A stretch of DNA of 64,000 bases from Candidatus Beckwithbacteria bacterium (GTDB taxonomy: Bacteria > Patescibacteriota > Microgenomatia > UBA1400 > CG1-02-47-37). The notes under the pieces are model-generated. The model was not told the origin of the DNA and searched no databases. It was given only the letters and a program-made list of their open reading frames with translations. The position numbers and the translations under genes are program-made. Location: the NCBI GenBank assembly GCA_043803225.1, contig JAZDKF010000012.1:118647-182646 (forward strand), given 5' to 3'. Within the stretch, counting starts at the first letter, position 1. Every line of letters starts with the position of its first letter. Below are positions 29,898 to 40,131 of this stretch, one piece after another.

Positions 29898-30284
29898 ATG
29901 CGTTATTTGGGCATTGATTTTGGTTTACGCCATCTTGGATTGAGTCTGGCTGACGGGCCTCTAGCTCAGCCCCTGGTTGAAAAAACTTATCAATCTATGC
30001 CTCAAATTTTAGGCTTTTTAACCCATCTTTGTCAGGAACAGGCTATCGATCAAATTGTGATTGGGCTGCCAGAAGGTCAACTAGCTCCGGTGATTAAAGA
30101 ATTTGCCGCAGAGCTTAATATCCTTACTAATATTAACGTCGTTTTTCAAGACGAAACTTTAACCACCAAAGAGGCTCAAGCCAAACTGTTTGCCGCTCAT
30201 GCCCCGCAAAAAAAACGCCGGTTGGATCATCGTGTCTCTGCCGCCTTGATTTTGCAGGACTATCTTGATACGATTAAAAAGTAA
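29898..30284 (+). CDS. ruvX: Putative pre-16S rRNA nuclease / Holliday-junction resolvase-like YqgF (RuvX)
   Basis: LGIDFGLRHLGLSLAD N-terminus, QIVIGLP block, DETLTTKEA and C-terminal DHRVSAALILQDYLD match the YqgF family. Confidence 0.85.
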   Translation: MRYLGIDFGLRHLGLSLADGPLAQPLVEKTYQSMPQILGFLTHLCQEQAIDQIVIGLPEGQLAPVIKEFAAELNILTNINVVFQDETLTTKEAQAKLFAAHAPQKKRRLDHRVSAALILQDYLDTIKK

Positions 30285-30296
30285 AGGAGGTAGGTT

Positions 30297-30497
30297 ATGT
30301 TTAAAAACGTTATTGCTCCAGTTCAAGCTTGGTTGCTTTCTCGTGGTCAGTGTGTTGGTTGTGGCATGCCTTTAAATAAAGCTAAAGCTAGTTCAGCCAA
30401 GCCGGGTCAAGAAAAAATCACCTGTAAATGTGGCCGAATCTTTATTAAAGACACTAAAACCAATAAATACCGCCGCGCCTTGTTTGAAGAAGTCTAA
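30297..30497 (+). CDS. Small zinc-ribbon protein
   Basis: Strong SD (aaaggaggtaggttATG); CVGCG…CKCG four-Cys ribbon. Confidence 0.5.
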   Translation: MFKNVIAPVQAWLLSRGQCVGCGMPLNKAKASSAKPGQEKITCKCGRIFIKDTKTNKYRRALFEEV

Positions 30498-30500
30498 ACC

Positions 30501-31430
30501 ATGTTTAAAAAGTTGTTTTTACTTGGTGTCATCAGTCTAATTCTTTTATTTATTGCTGGAGTCTTGTTTTGGCGCTGGGCGAATTCACCGGTTGATAAAA
30601 AAAACTCTGCTCCCCAAGTCTTTGTCGTGCCCCAAGGACAATCAGCTAAAATTATCGGCCAAAGACTTAAAACCAGCGGTTTTATCAAAAGTCAACTTGC
30701 CTTCAATTTATTAATTGATCAGCAAAGTTTAGGTAATAAACTTCAGGCTGGCGATTTTCGTTTATCGCCTTCAATGGATTTGTCTACGATCATCGACTCT
30801 TTAACTCATGGTAGTTTAGATTATTGGATTACTTTTCCTGAAGGTTTAAGGGGAGAAGAGTATGCTCAAAGATTGGCTGATAAGTCTAATCTTGACCCGC
30901 AAGCTTTTATTCTCGCCGCCAAACCTTATGAGGGTCATCTTTTTCCTGACACATATCTTATTCCCCAAACTGCCTCTGCCGAAGATATTATTAAGCTTCT
31001 GACTGACACCTTTGATCAAAAAAGCCCTACTCAAGACGATGACCTGATTATTTTAGCCTCTTTAATTGAAAGAGAAGCCAAGCATGCCCAGGATCGGCCT
31101 TTAGTTTCCAGCGTTTTGCATAATCGCTTAGAACTCGGTATGGCTTTACAAATTGACGCCACAGTTCAGTATATTATTGGCAGGCCTGATAATTGGTGGA
31201 AAAAGGAGTTATCCAAACAAAACTTAGCCATAGACTCTCCTTATAATACTTATCTTTATCCTGGGCTACCCCCTAAACCTATATCTAATCCTGGTTTAGC
31301 TTCTCTTAAAGCTGCTCTTGAACCAGCTAAAACCAACTACCTTTTTTATCTTTCTGATTCTTCTGGTTACAACCACTATGCTGAAGATTTGGCCGGTCAC
31401 AACGCTAACATTGACAAATACCTGCGCTAA
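30501..31430 (+). CDS. mltG: Endolytic murein transglycosylase MltG (YceG-like)
   Basis: N-terminal TM; conserved C-terminal blocks LASLIEREAKH and YNTYLYPGLPPKPISNPGLASLKAALEPAKTNYLFY. Confidence 0.85.
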   Translation: MFKKLFLLGVISLILLFIAGVLFWRWANSPVDKKNSAPQVFVVPQGQSAKIIGQRLKTSGFIKSQLAFNLLIDQQSLGNKLQAGDFRLSPSMDLSTIIDSLTHGSLDYWITFPEGLRGEEYAQRLADKSNLDPQAFILAAKPYEGHLFPDTYLIPQTASAEDIIKLLTDTFDQKSPTQDDDLIILASLIEREAKHAQDRPLVSSVLHNRLELGMALQIDATVQYIIGRPDNWWKKELSKQNLAIDSPYNTYLYPGLPPKPISNPGLASLKAALEPAKTNYLFYLSDSSGYNHYAEDLAGHNANIDKYLR

Positions 31431-31444
31431 ACCAAATTTACCCC

Positions 31445-31514
31445 TTGACAATCTTAGTTATTTTGTTATATTACTTTTATCTTAGCCTGTTAGCGTGCAG
31501 GCTAGTCTTTGTTC
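31445..31514 (+). promoter_or_regulatory. Promoter-like element immediately followed by a terminator-like hairpin, downstream of mltG and upstream of the rpoB leader
   Basis: TTGACA at 31445-31450; extended -10 TGTTATATT at 31464-31472. Hairpin TAGCCTG-(8-nt loop)-CAGGCTA at 31483-31504 is followed by a U-rich stretch gtctttgtt. Confidence 0.35.
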
Positions 31515-31590
31515 GTCAATTTCCAAGTTACGCCTTAAAATAAAGTGTCCTACCTTATTTTTTTCATTGACAAATAATCGCCTATAATTC

Positions 31591-31620
31591 AAAAAACGGG
31601 ACTAATGCCCGTTTTTTGTG
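31591..31620 (+). terminator. Leader hairpin plus U-tract directly upstream of rpoB start (attenuator candidate)
   Basis: TATAAT at 31583-31588. Then a 10-bp stem AAAAAACGGG / CCCGTTTTTT (31591-31600 and 31608-31617) with a 7-nt loop, followed by GTGTTTTTT and the ATG at 31632. Confidence 0.45.
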
Positions 31621-31631
31621 TTTTTTATAAC

Positions 31632-34600
31632 ATGATTAAAAACGACCATAGAATTTTCTGGAAAAATCCTCCAAAAAACCTCCCCCAATTAAATCTTTTA
31701 GATGTTCAACTTGAATCATATCAATGGTTTTTAAATCAGGGCATTAAAGAGGCTTTAGAAAGCATTTCGCCCATCAACGATTTTACTGGCAAGAACTGGC
31801 AGTTAGAGTTTAGTGAACACTCGATTGGAATGGCTAAATATTCAGCTAACCAAGCTCTTAAAAAAGGCTTAACTTATGAAGTTCCTTTAAAGGTTAAGGC
31901 TAAATTGACTAATTTGCAAACAGGCGAAGTAATTAAGCAAGAAGTCTTTATGGGGGATATTCCTCAAATGACCAATATCGGCACTTTTATTATCAATGGC
32001 ATCGAAAGGGCAGTTGTTAATCAATTGGTTCGTTCTCCCGGAGTCTTTTTCTCTGGTACAGTTGATCTGTCCACAGGCAGAAATCTTTATCAGGCAGAAC
32101 TGCGTCCCTTGCGCGGTTCCTGGTTAGAAATCAATATTTCCCGCTACAATACTATTTCAGTTAAAATCGATCGTCACCGTAAACTTCCCGCTACTACCTT
32201 GCTCAGAGCCACCCGTCCTTTTGACGATGAAGAGCTATTAAAGCTTTTTAATCAAGCCGACACAGATCAAAAACACCCTTATATATTATCAACCTTGGAA
32301 AAAGACCCAACTAAAACTCACGAAGAAGCTTTAATTGAAATTTATCAAAAAATGCGCCCAGGCGAACCAGCTATCTTAGAAAATGCTAAAGAATTGTTAC
32401 ATCGGATGTTTTTTGACCCAAAGCGTTATGATCTTGGTGATGTTGGTCGATATAAAACTAATCGACGACTAGGGCTTAACATTGATCTTAAAACTCGGGT
32501 TTTAACTCCTGATGATATCGTCGCCACAATAAAATATTTAATTGGTCTTCAAAATGGCCAAGGTCGAGTTGACGACATTGACAGTTTATCTAACCGTCGT
32601 GTCCGTCGAGTTGGTGAACTTGTTGCTACTAGTGCCTTTAGGGTTGGCTTACTTAGGTTGGAAAGGTCAATTAGAGAAAAAATGAGTTTGGCTAAAGCTG
32701 ATGTTGAAATCACTCCTAGTACCTTAGTTAATCCACGACCAGTTATTGCCTCGGTTTCCGATTTTTTCAGACGAAATCGCTTATCAACGATCTTAGATCA
32801 AACTAATCCTTTATCCGAAATTGACAACCTTCGTCGTTTATCCGTTATGGGTCCTGGAGGTGTTACTCGGGAGCGGGCATCTTTTTCCATGCGGGATATT
32901 AACTCCAGTCAATATGGCCGTATTTGTCCAGTTAGATCTCCTGAAGGACCAAATATTGGCCTAGTTACCTATTTAGCTCTTTACGCCCGCGTCAATCAAT
33001 TTGGTTTTCTTGAGACTCCATATCGAAAATTAATCCAGGAGAAAAAAGGTAATCAAATTAAAATGAGGGTTACCGATGAAATAGTTTATCTTGCTTCGGA
33101 CGAAGAAGAAAATCACTATATTACCCACGCTGAAATTGCTGTCGATAACCAAGGGTATATTATTAAAGACTGGGTTCCGGCTCGTTACCAAACAGAATTT
33201 ATTGAAATTTCCGCCAGCCAACTTGAATATATTGATGTTGTTCCTCGACAAGTAGTCGGCACTTCAGCCTCCTTGATTCCATTTATCGCTCACGATGAAG
33301 CCAATCGAGCCCTAATGGGCACACACATGCAATGTCAAGCAGTACCCTTGGTTAATCCTGAGGCTCCTATTATTGGGACAGCCATGGAACAAGAGGTAGT
33401 CTCTGCTATGAAACGTACGGTCCAAGCCATAATTCCCGGAACCATTATCTATGTCGATAGTCAAAAAGTCATTATCAAATCCGATGCTAAAGAGATTAAA
33501 AAAGTTAAAGATCTAAAAAACTCTCTTCAAGAAACAGTGACAATTGAAGGCAATGAACTTCACTATCAAGTAACAAAATTTAATCGAACCACTCAATCTA
33601 CTTGTTATTCACAAAAACCACTAGTAGTAGTGGGAAATAAAGTTAAAACCGGAGACCTAATTATAGACGGTCCTGCTTGTGATCACGGAGAATTAGCGCT
33701 AGGGCAAAATCTAAATATTGCCTACATGAGTTATGAAGGTTTGGGCTATGAAGACGCCATCATTATCTCTGACAGATTAGTTAAAGAAGATGTCTTGACT
33801 TCAATCATGATTAATGAGTATGAAGCTAAAGTCATGGATACCAAACTTGGTCCCGAAGAATTGACTCGAGACATTCCCAATGTTGGTGAAACTGAATTGG
33901 CTAATCTTGGCGAGGATGGGATTGTCGTGATTGGTAGCCAAGTTGAACCGAATGATATTCTGGTTGGGAAAATCGCTCCTAAGGGTGAAACCGAACTTAC
34001 TGCCGAAGAAAGACTGCTTCGTGCTATCTTTGGAGAAAAGGCCAGAGAGGTAAGAGATACTAGTTTAAGAGTTCCTCACGGCGAGGGCGGGACTGTTATT
34101 GAGGTTAAAATCTTTGATCGAGATAAAGGTGATGAATTGGATCCAGGCGTAATTAAAAAAGTAGTTGTCCAAGTAGCTCAAATGAGAAAAATCGTCGTTG
34201 GTGATAAATTGGCTGGCCGCCATGGGAACAAAGGTGTTATTAGTAAAATCGTTCCGGTGGCCGACATGCCATATTTTAAAGATGGCACCCCGGTTGATGT
34301 AATTATCTCCCCTCTTTCAGTTTTAGCCAGAATGAACTTAGGGCAATTAATGGAAGCTCAACTTGGTTGGGCTGCCAAAAAACTTGGACAAAAATTTGCT
34401 CTTCCGGTTTTCGAACATGTTGATGAGAACTTGGTCACTAATCAACTCAAGAAAGCCAATTTACCAATCTCTGGCAAAGTCCAACTTTATGACGGTCGCA
34501 CTGGTGAACCGTTTGCCACTCAAACCGCTGTCGGCGTCGCCTACATCTTAAAGTTAATCCACATGGTGGAAGATAAGACTCATGCTCGTTCCACCGGACC

Positions 34601-34973
34601 CTATTCTTTGGTCACCCAACAGCCATTAGGTGGTAAAGCTCAGATGGGTGGACAACGTTTAGGTGAAATGGAGGTTTGGGCCCTTGAAGCCCATCGGGCT
34701 GCCCACACGCTCCAGGAAATGTTAACTATTAAATCTGATGACGTAGTTGGACGCGCTAAAGCCTTTGAAGCCATTGTTAAAAACTTAGATATTCCCGAAG
34801 CTACCGTTCCCGAATCCTTCCGCGTTTTAGTTAAAGAACTTCAAAGCCTTTGTTTAAATATTATTCCTGGAGGGATTACTGAAGCTGAGTTAAAAGACGA
34901 CGACGAATCAGAAGATCAACTAGAGAAGTCTAAAGTTGAATCAACTAAAGAAAAAAAGGAAACTAATGAGTAA
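31632..34973 (+). CDS. rpoB: DNA-directed RNA polymerase subunit beta
   Basis: Unambiguous RpoB conservation throughout. The start is taken at MIKNDHRIFWKN… (ATG 31632) rather than the upstream ATG of the six-frame track, which overlaps the leader hairpin. Confidence 0.95.
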   Translation: MIKNDHRIFWKNPPKNLPQLNLLDVQLESYQWFLNQGIKEALESISPINDFTGKNWQLEFSEHSIGMAKYSANQALKKGLTYEVPLKVKAKLTNLQTGEVIKQEVFMGDIPQMTNIGTFIINGIERAVVNQLVRSPGVFFSGTVDLSTGRNLYQAELRPLRGSWLEINISRYNTISVKIDRHRKLPATTLLRATRPFDDEELLKLFNQADTDQKHPYILSTLEKDPTKTHEEALIEIYQKMRPGEPAILENAKELLHRMFFDPKRYDLGDVGRYKTNRRLGLNIDLKTRVLTPDDIVATIKYLIGLQNGQGRVDDIDSLSNRRVRRVGELVATSAFRVGLLRLERSIREKMSLAKADVEITPSTLVNPRPVIASVSDFFRRNRLSTILDQTNPLSEIDNLRRLSVMGPGGVTRERASFSMRDINSSQYGRICPVRSPEGPNIGLVTYLALYARVNQFGFLETPYRKLIQEKKGNQIKMRVTDEIVYLASDEEENHYITHAEIAVDNQGYIIKDWVPARYQTEFIEISASQLEYIDVVPRQVVGTSASLIPFIAHDEANRALMGTHMQCQAVPLVNPEAPIIGTAMEQEVVSAMKRTVQAIIPGTIIYVDSQKVIIKSDAKEIKKVKDLKNSLQETVTIEGNELHYQVTKFNRTTQSTCYSQKPLVVVGNKVKTGDLIIDGPACDHGELALGQNLNIAYMSYEGLGYEDAIIISDRLVKEDVLTSIMINEYEAKVMDTKLGPEELTRDIPNVGETELANLGEDGIVVIGSQVEPNDILVGKIAPKGETELTAEERLLRAIFGEKAREVRDTSLRVPHGEGGTVIEVKIFDRDKGDELDPGVIKKVVVQVAQMRKIVVGDKLAGRHGNKGVISKIVPVADMPYFKDGTPVDVIISPLSVLARMNLGQLMEAQLGWAAKKLGQKFALPVFEHVDENLVTNQLKKANLPISGKVQLYDGRTGEPFATQTAVGVAYILKLIHMVEDKTHARSTGPYSLVTQQPLGGKAQMGGQRLGEMEVWALEAHRAAHTLQEMLTIKSDDVVGRAKAFEAIVKNLDIPEATVPESFRVLVKELQSLCLNIIPGGITEAELKDDDESEDQLEKSKVESTKEKKETNE

Positions 34974-37900
34974 ACTTACTGATTTCTCCACCCTTCAAAT
35001 TAAACTTGCTTCACCAGAAGTAATTAAAACTTGGTCTCATGGAGAAATTTTAAAACCAGAAACAATTAACTATCGGACTCTAAAACCAGAAAAAGATGGT
35101 TTATTCTGCGAGCGGATTTTTGGCCCAACCAAAGATTGGGAATGTTATTGCGGCAAATATAAACGTATTCGCTATCGGGGAATTATTTGTGATAAATGCG
35201 GGGTTGAAGTTACTCAAAGTCGTGTTCGGCGCGAACGCATGGGCCATATTACCCTGGCTTGTCCTGTTGCCCACATCTGGTTTTTCAAAGGTGCCCCCTC
35301 CCATCTCTCTCTGATTTTAAACATCTCTCCTCGCAACCTAGCTGGAGTTATTTACTTTGCCAAATACTTGGTTATTGAAGTCGATAAAGATTTGAAAAAA
35401 GCTACTTATATTAATCTTGATCAGCAGTTTACAGTCAAAATTAAAGATCTTGACGAAAAATTTAAACAAGATATTAAAGCTGTCGAAACCGCCAACACCC
35501 AAACAGTTAAAGATATTAAAGTCAAAATTAAAACCAAAGAACAGGCAGAAATGGCTATCAATGAAGCCAATCTCAAAGCCAAGCGCGAAATTGCTTCCAT
35601 TCGTGAAACTTTAGTCAATGAAAAAGAAACCGCTAAAGAAATCTTTTCTACGGTTAAAGACTTGGTCAAACGCATTTATCCCCACACTGTTTTAACCGAA
35701 GAAGAGTATCTCAAATTAGTCGACTATAACGCTGGTGAATTTATGACGGTTGGTATGGGCGCGGATGCTATTTTAGAGTTAGTTAAGAAAATTGACCTAG
35801 ACAAATTGATCGACCAATATCACCAAGAAGTTCAGGACTATTCCGGCCAGCGTCAAATCAAGGCCATTAAATGCCTTCGCATTCTTGAAGGCTTCCGTAA
35901 GGTTGCCATTGATCCGTCTTGGATGATTATTACCATCTTGCCAGTAATTCCGCCGGATTTAAGACCTATGGTTCAGCTTTCTGGCGGCCACTTTGCCTCT
36001 TCAGATATTAACGATCTTTACCGGCGGGTTATCAACCGCAACAACCGTCTTAAGCACCTGATTAACTTAGGCGCCCCGGAAATTATTTTAAGAAATGAAA
36101 AACGCATGCTCCAAGAAGCAGTTGATACCTTAATTGACAGCTCTCAAGCCAGGGCAACCCGCCGCCGTGGAGTCAAAGAACTCCGTTCTTTAGCCGATAT
36201 GTTGCGGGGTAAACAGGGTCGCTTCCGTCAAAATTTGCTCGGTAAAAGAGTTGACTACTCGGGCCGTTCGGTTATTGTCGTTGGTCCAGAGCTTACTTTA
36301 AATCAAGCTGGTATCCCTAAGCAAATGGCTTTGGAAATCTTTAAACCTTACGTTTTAAAAGAATTAATTAATCGCGGTCTCGCTCCTAATGTCAAATCAG
36401 CCAAAAACGTTCTTGACCGTCGTCCGCCGGAAGTCTTCGATATTTTAGAAGACATTATCACCGACCACCCGATTCTTTTAAATCGTGCTCCCACTTTGCA
36501 CAAACTCGGCATTCAGGCTTTTTACCCGGTTTTGGTTGAAGGCAACGCCATTCACTTGCATCCTTGTGTTTGTGCTGGTTACAATGCTGATTTTGACGGC
36601 GATCAAATGGCAGTTCACGTGCCTCTTTCCAAAGATGCCACCAAAGAATCCATCGATTTCATGATGCCTAAAAACAATCTTTTAAAACCAGCTGATGGTT
36701 CTCCGGTGACCCTGCCAAACAAAGAAATGGCTTTGGGTATTTATTACTTTACCTCCATCGACGCCTCAATCGAACCCAGCAACACAATTTTTTGCTCGCA
36801 GCCGGAAGCAATCTTAGCCTATCAGTTAAAAGTGATCCAGCCCCGCCAACCGATTCAAGTTAAACTCGGTCGCGAACTGGTTGAAACTACCGTTGGCCGC
36901 CTTCTCTTTAATCAAGCTTTGCCTGAGAACCTCCGGTTTATCAACCAACCGGTTAAAGCCTCAGACATTAAAGCCTTAATTAAAAAGGCGATTGCTCTTT
37001 GCAACCCGGATGAAATGGTCAAATTAATCGATGACTTAAAAGATTTCGGCTTTACCGCAGTTACTGTTTCTGGCTTGTCTGTCTCCGTCTCTGACTGTAA
37101 GACGATTCCGGAAAAGGGTCGCTTGATTGAAGAAGCTAACAAAAAAGCCGCCTTGATTGAAGAAAACTACAAAAATGGTTTAATTACCCGGGAAGAAAAA
37201 CGTCGTCTTAATAACCAGTTATGGATGGATACAACTGATGTTATTGCTGACAAAACCTGGAACAGCTTTGATGAAGAAAACGCCGTAAAATTAATCATCA
37301 ACTCCGGCGGCACTCGAGCCTCCAAAGATCAAGTTAAACAATTAGCCGCCATGAGAGGTTTAGTCGTTGATCCGCTTGGTAAAATCGTTGAGTTGCCGAC
37401 TAAATCAAACTTTAGGGAAGGCTTATCAATCTTTGAATACGTGACCTCTTCTCGTGGTTCCAGAAAAGGCCTGACCGACTCAGCTATTAAAACCGCTGAC
37501 GCCGGTTATCTGACTCGTCGTTTGGTTGACGTTGCCCACGACATGATTATTCGGCTCACTGACTGTAAAACCAAAGCTGGCCTTACCATCTCCAATGACG
37601 GTAAGCGTAACCAGCACTTTGCCACCCGAATTACCAGCCGTTACTTAGCTGAAAACGTTTTAAGCCCTAAAACCAAAAAAGTGATTGCTAAAAAAGACAC
37701 CTTGGTTAATGAAGACATGGCCGCGACTATTACTAAAGCCCAAGTTAAATCAGTTATGGTTCGCTCACCTTTAAGTTGTCAGGCCAAACACGGCATTTGT
37801 GCTAAGTGTTACGGTTGGGACTTTTCCACCAAAAAAGAAGTTACCATCGGCGCCCCGGTCGGAGTCGTTGCCGCTCAAAGTATTGGCGAACCGGGCACTC

Positions 37901-38655
37901 AGTTAACCATGCGGGTTAAGCACTTCGGCGGTATTGTTATCTCTGACGTGACCCAAGGTTTGCCTCGTGTTGAAGAATTGTTTGAAATCAGAAATCCAAA
38001 AATAATTGCCCCTCTTTCCGAGGTTGCCGGTAAAGTTTCCGTCAAAGATACTAACCGCGGTTACGAAATTACGGTGACTCCGATTCATGACCAAAAATCT
38101 GAGTCGAAATCTTATCTTGTGCCCTTAACCTCAACTCTCAGAGTCAAAACCGGCCAGCTAGTCGGCCTTGGCGAACAGCTAGCCTCTGGTTCAGTCAGCA
38201 TTAAAGAACTCTTAAGAACTCGCGGCATGCTCTCTGCCCAGGAATACTTAATCGAAGAAATTCAAGCCGTTTATGAATCTCAGGGAATTCCGATTCACGA
38301 CAAACACTTCGAAGTCATTGTTCGCAAGATGTCGGACAAAGTCCAGGTCGAAACTGTCGGCGACACCGAACTTTTAATCGGCGAGTTTGTGGAAAACACC
38401 CGGTTTAATGAAGAAAACGACACTGCCAAAACTAACAAAGGCTTAGCCGCCAAAGCCCGGCAAGTTATCTTGGGTGTTACCCGGTCTTCTCTGCATACCG
38501 AGTCTTGGTTATCCGCCGCTTCCTTCCAAAATACCTCCAGCATTTTGACTAATGCCGCTGCCAGCGGTAAGATCGATAAACTTTTAGGCCTGAAAGAAAA
38601 TGTTATAATTGGCCGGCTCATTCCTACTAGTGAAGAAAGAGCCAAACAGGAATAA
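34966..38655 (+). CDS. rpoC: DNA-directed RNA polymerase subunit beta'
   Basis: Zn-binding [20 protein letters not shown] and the NADFDGD catalytic motif. The start MSKLTDFS overlaps the rpoB stop (ATGAGTAA). Confidence 0.95.
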   Translation: MSKLTDFSTLQIKLASPEVIKTWSHGEILKPETINYRTLKPEKDGLFCERIFGPTKDWECYCGKYKRIRYRGIICDKCGVEVTQSRVRRERMGHITLACPVAHIWFFKGAPSHLSLILNISPRNLAGVIYFAKYLVIEVDKDLKKATYINLDQQFTVKIKDLDEKFKQDIKAVETANTQTVKDIKVKIKTKEQAEMAINEANLKAKREIASIRETLVNEKETAKEIFSTVKDLVKRIYPHTVLTEEEYLKLVDYNAGEFMTVGMGADAILELVKKIDLDKLIDQYHQEVQDYSGQRQIKAIKCLRILEGFRKVAIDPSWMIITILPVIPPDLRPMVQLSGGHFASSDINDLYRRVINRNNRLKHLINLGAPEIILRNEKRMLQEAVDTLIDSSQARATRRRGVKELRSLADMLRGKQGRFRQNLLGKRVDYSGRSVIVVGPELTLNQAGIPKQMALEIFKPYVLKELINRGLAPNVKSAKNVLDRRPPEVFDILEDIITDHPILLNRAPTLHKLGIQAFYPVLVEGNAIHLHPCVCAGYNADFDGDQMAVHVPLSKDATKESIDFMMPKNNLLKPADGSPVTLPNKEMALGIYYFTSIDASIEPSNTIFCSQPEAILAYQLKVIQPRQPIQVKLGRELVETTVGRLLFNQALPENLRFINQPVKASDIKALIKKAIALCNPDEMVKLIDDLKDFGFTAVTVSGLSVSVSDCKTIPEKGRLIEEANKKAALIEENYKNGLITREEKRRLNNQLWMDTTDVIADKTWNSFDEENAVKLIINSGGTRASKDQVKQLAAMRGLVVDPLGKIVELPTKSNFREGLSIFEYVTSSRGSRKGLTDSAIKTADAGYLTRRLVDVAHDMIIRLTDCKTKAGLTISNDGKRNQHFATRITSRYLAENVLSPKTKKVIAKKDTLVNEDMAATITKAQVKSVMVRSPLSCQAKHGICAKCYGWDFSTKKEVTIGAPVGVVAAQSIGEPGTQLTMRVKHFGGIVISDVTQGLPRVEELFEIRNPKIIAPLSEVAGKVSVKDTNRGYEITVTPIHDQKSESKSYLVPLTSTLRVKTGQLVGLGEQLASGSVSIKELLRTRGMLSAQEYLIEEIQAVYESQGIPIHDKHFEVIVRKMSDKVQVETVGDTELLIGEFVENTRFNEENDTAKTNKGLAAKARQVILGVTRSSLHTESWLSAASFQNTSSILTNAAASGKIDKLLGLKENVIIGRLIPTSEERAKQE

Positions 38656-38656
38656 T

Positions 38657-39142
38657 ATGCCAACCATCAACCAGCTGGTCAGAAAGAAACGTACCCGGAA
38701 AGCCAATCGGATTAAAGCCTCGGCTTTAAGAAAAACTTTCAATCTTAAAGACCGGCGCATGAAATCGACGATTAACTCCCAAAAGCGGGGAGTTTGCCTG
38801 TTGGTTAAAACCATGACCCCGAAAAAACCCAACTCAGCGCTTAGAAAAGTTGCCCGGGTCAGGTTATCCAATAAACAAGAAGTTACCGCCTACATTCCTG
38901 GTATTGGTCATGACTTGGCCGAACACTCCATTGTTTTAATTCGCGGTGGCCGGGTTAAAGACCTCCCCGGTGTTAAATATCACATTATCCGCGGCAAATT
39001 TGATGCCGCCGGTGTTGTCAATCGTAAATCATCTCGTTCCAAATACGGCACCAAACAATCTGGCGCCACCACCGCCACTGCGGCCGCTCAGGGGGCAGTC
39101 AAACCTGCCGCCCCAGCCGCTCCAGTTGCTCCAGCCGAATAA
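38657..39142 (+). CDS. rpsL: 30S ribosomal protein S12 with Ala/Pro/Thr-rich C-terminal extension
   Basis: [12 protein letters not shown]… S12 core. After KYGTKQ there are about 28 extra residues ([27 protein letters not shown]). Confidence 0.95.
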   Translation: MPTINQLVRKKRTRKANRIKASALRKTFNLKDRRMKSTINSQKRGVCLLVKTMTPKKPNSALRKVARVRLSNKQEVTAYIPGIGHDLAEHSIVLIRGGRVKDLPGVKYHIIRGKFDAAGVVNRKSSRSKYGTKQSGATTATAAAQGAVKPAAPAAPVAPAE

Positions 39143-39145
39143 ACT

Positions 39146-39625
39146 ATGTCCCGATCAGGTAAAATCACCAAAAGACTTACCGCCCCGGATCCGATTTACG
39201 ACAGCCGTTTAGTCGCTAAATTAATCAATGTTTTGATGAAAGCCGGCAAAAAATCCATTGCCCAAAAACATGTTTATAAAGCCTTGGATATTCTCAAGGA
39301 AAAAACTAAAACCGATCCTTTGGAAACCCTCCGCCAAGCTTTGGACAATGTAAAACCCTCAATGGAAGTCCGTTCCCGCCGCATCGGCGGCGCCGCTTAC
39401 CAGGTGCCTTCTCCGGTCAGAGGCGAACGCAAAGAATCTTTGTCTATCCGTTGGGTTATTAATGCCGCCCGCGCCCGATCCAACCGCGAATTTCATCACT
39501 TTTCCGAAAAACTGGCTGCCGAACTCCTAGATGCTTTGGAAAATAAAGGCGGCGCCATGGAAAAGAAAGCCCAGATGACAAAAATGGCCGAAGCCAATAA
39601 GGCATTTAGTCACTTTCGCTGGTAA
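39146..39625 (+). CDS. rpsG: 30S ribosomal protein S7
   Basis: 159 aa; the DPIYDSRLVAKLINVLMKAGKKSIAQK and RVGGAAYQVP blocks are typical of S7. Confidence 0.95.
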   Translation: MSRSGKITKRLTAPDPIYDSRLVAKLINVLMKAGKKSIAQKHVYKALDILKEKTKTDPLETLRQALDNVKPSMEVRSRRIGGAAYQVPSPVRGERKESLSIRWVINAARARSNREFHHFSEKLAAELLDALENKGGAMEKKAQMTKMAEANKAFSHFRW

Positions 39626-40128
39626 TGACCCGCTTTTTAAAAGCTTGTTCACTTGTTTTCGCCCTGATTTTTTACCTTCTCGCCTTTGTTATTGCCATTA
39701 AACCCGAACCTTTTTTACGCTTTGGCTACTTGGGTATTTTTGGTTTTAATTTAGTTGGGCCGGGGATGTTTTTAATTCCCGCCGCTTCCCGTTTTTTTAA
39801 CATCGCCGGTGTCGCCACAGTGACCGCTTTAGGCATGGCTTTTAATGACGCAGTTTCCTGGCTGGCCGGTAAGAATGGCGACATTGTTTTTCCTCGGGGC
39901 AGGCGAGTCGAAAAAATCAAAGTCTCGATTAAAAAATACGGCCCCTACGCCTTATTTTTCTGGGCTTTAATCCCTTTCCCTTATGATTTTATTGCCGTCA
40001 TCGCCGGTTATTTAAAACTGCCTTTTTGGCGTTTCTTAATCCCGACTTTTCTCGGCCGCCTGGTTCGCTTTCTCTTAATGGGCTCCGGCATTGTCGCTAT
40101 CTGGGGCAAAGTCAATGTGTTAAACTAA
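39625..40128 (+). CDS. DedA/VTT-domain (YqaA-like) membrane protein
   Basis: 4 TM segments; conserved G…FxxAxxxxxG block (ALGMAFNDAVSWLAGKNGD) and FWALIPFPYDFIAVIAGY. Inserted between rpsG and fusA. Confidence 0.5.
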   Translation: MTRFLKACSLVFALIFYLLAFVIAIKPEPFLRFGYLGIFGFNLVGPGMFLIPAASRFFNIAGVATVTALGMAFNDAVSWLAGKNGDIVFPRGRRVEKIKVSIKKYGPYALFFWALIPFPYDFIAVIAGYLKLPFWRFLIPTFLGRLVRFLLMGSGIVAIWGKVNVLN

Positions 40129-40131
40129 ACC

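Noticed and set aside
31567-31572. TTGACA as -35 for the rpoB-proximal TATAAT
   Set aside because: Spacing to TATAAT (31583) is only 10 bp, incompatible with a sigma70-type promoter, so only the -10 is retained.
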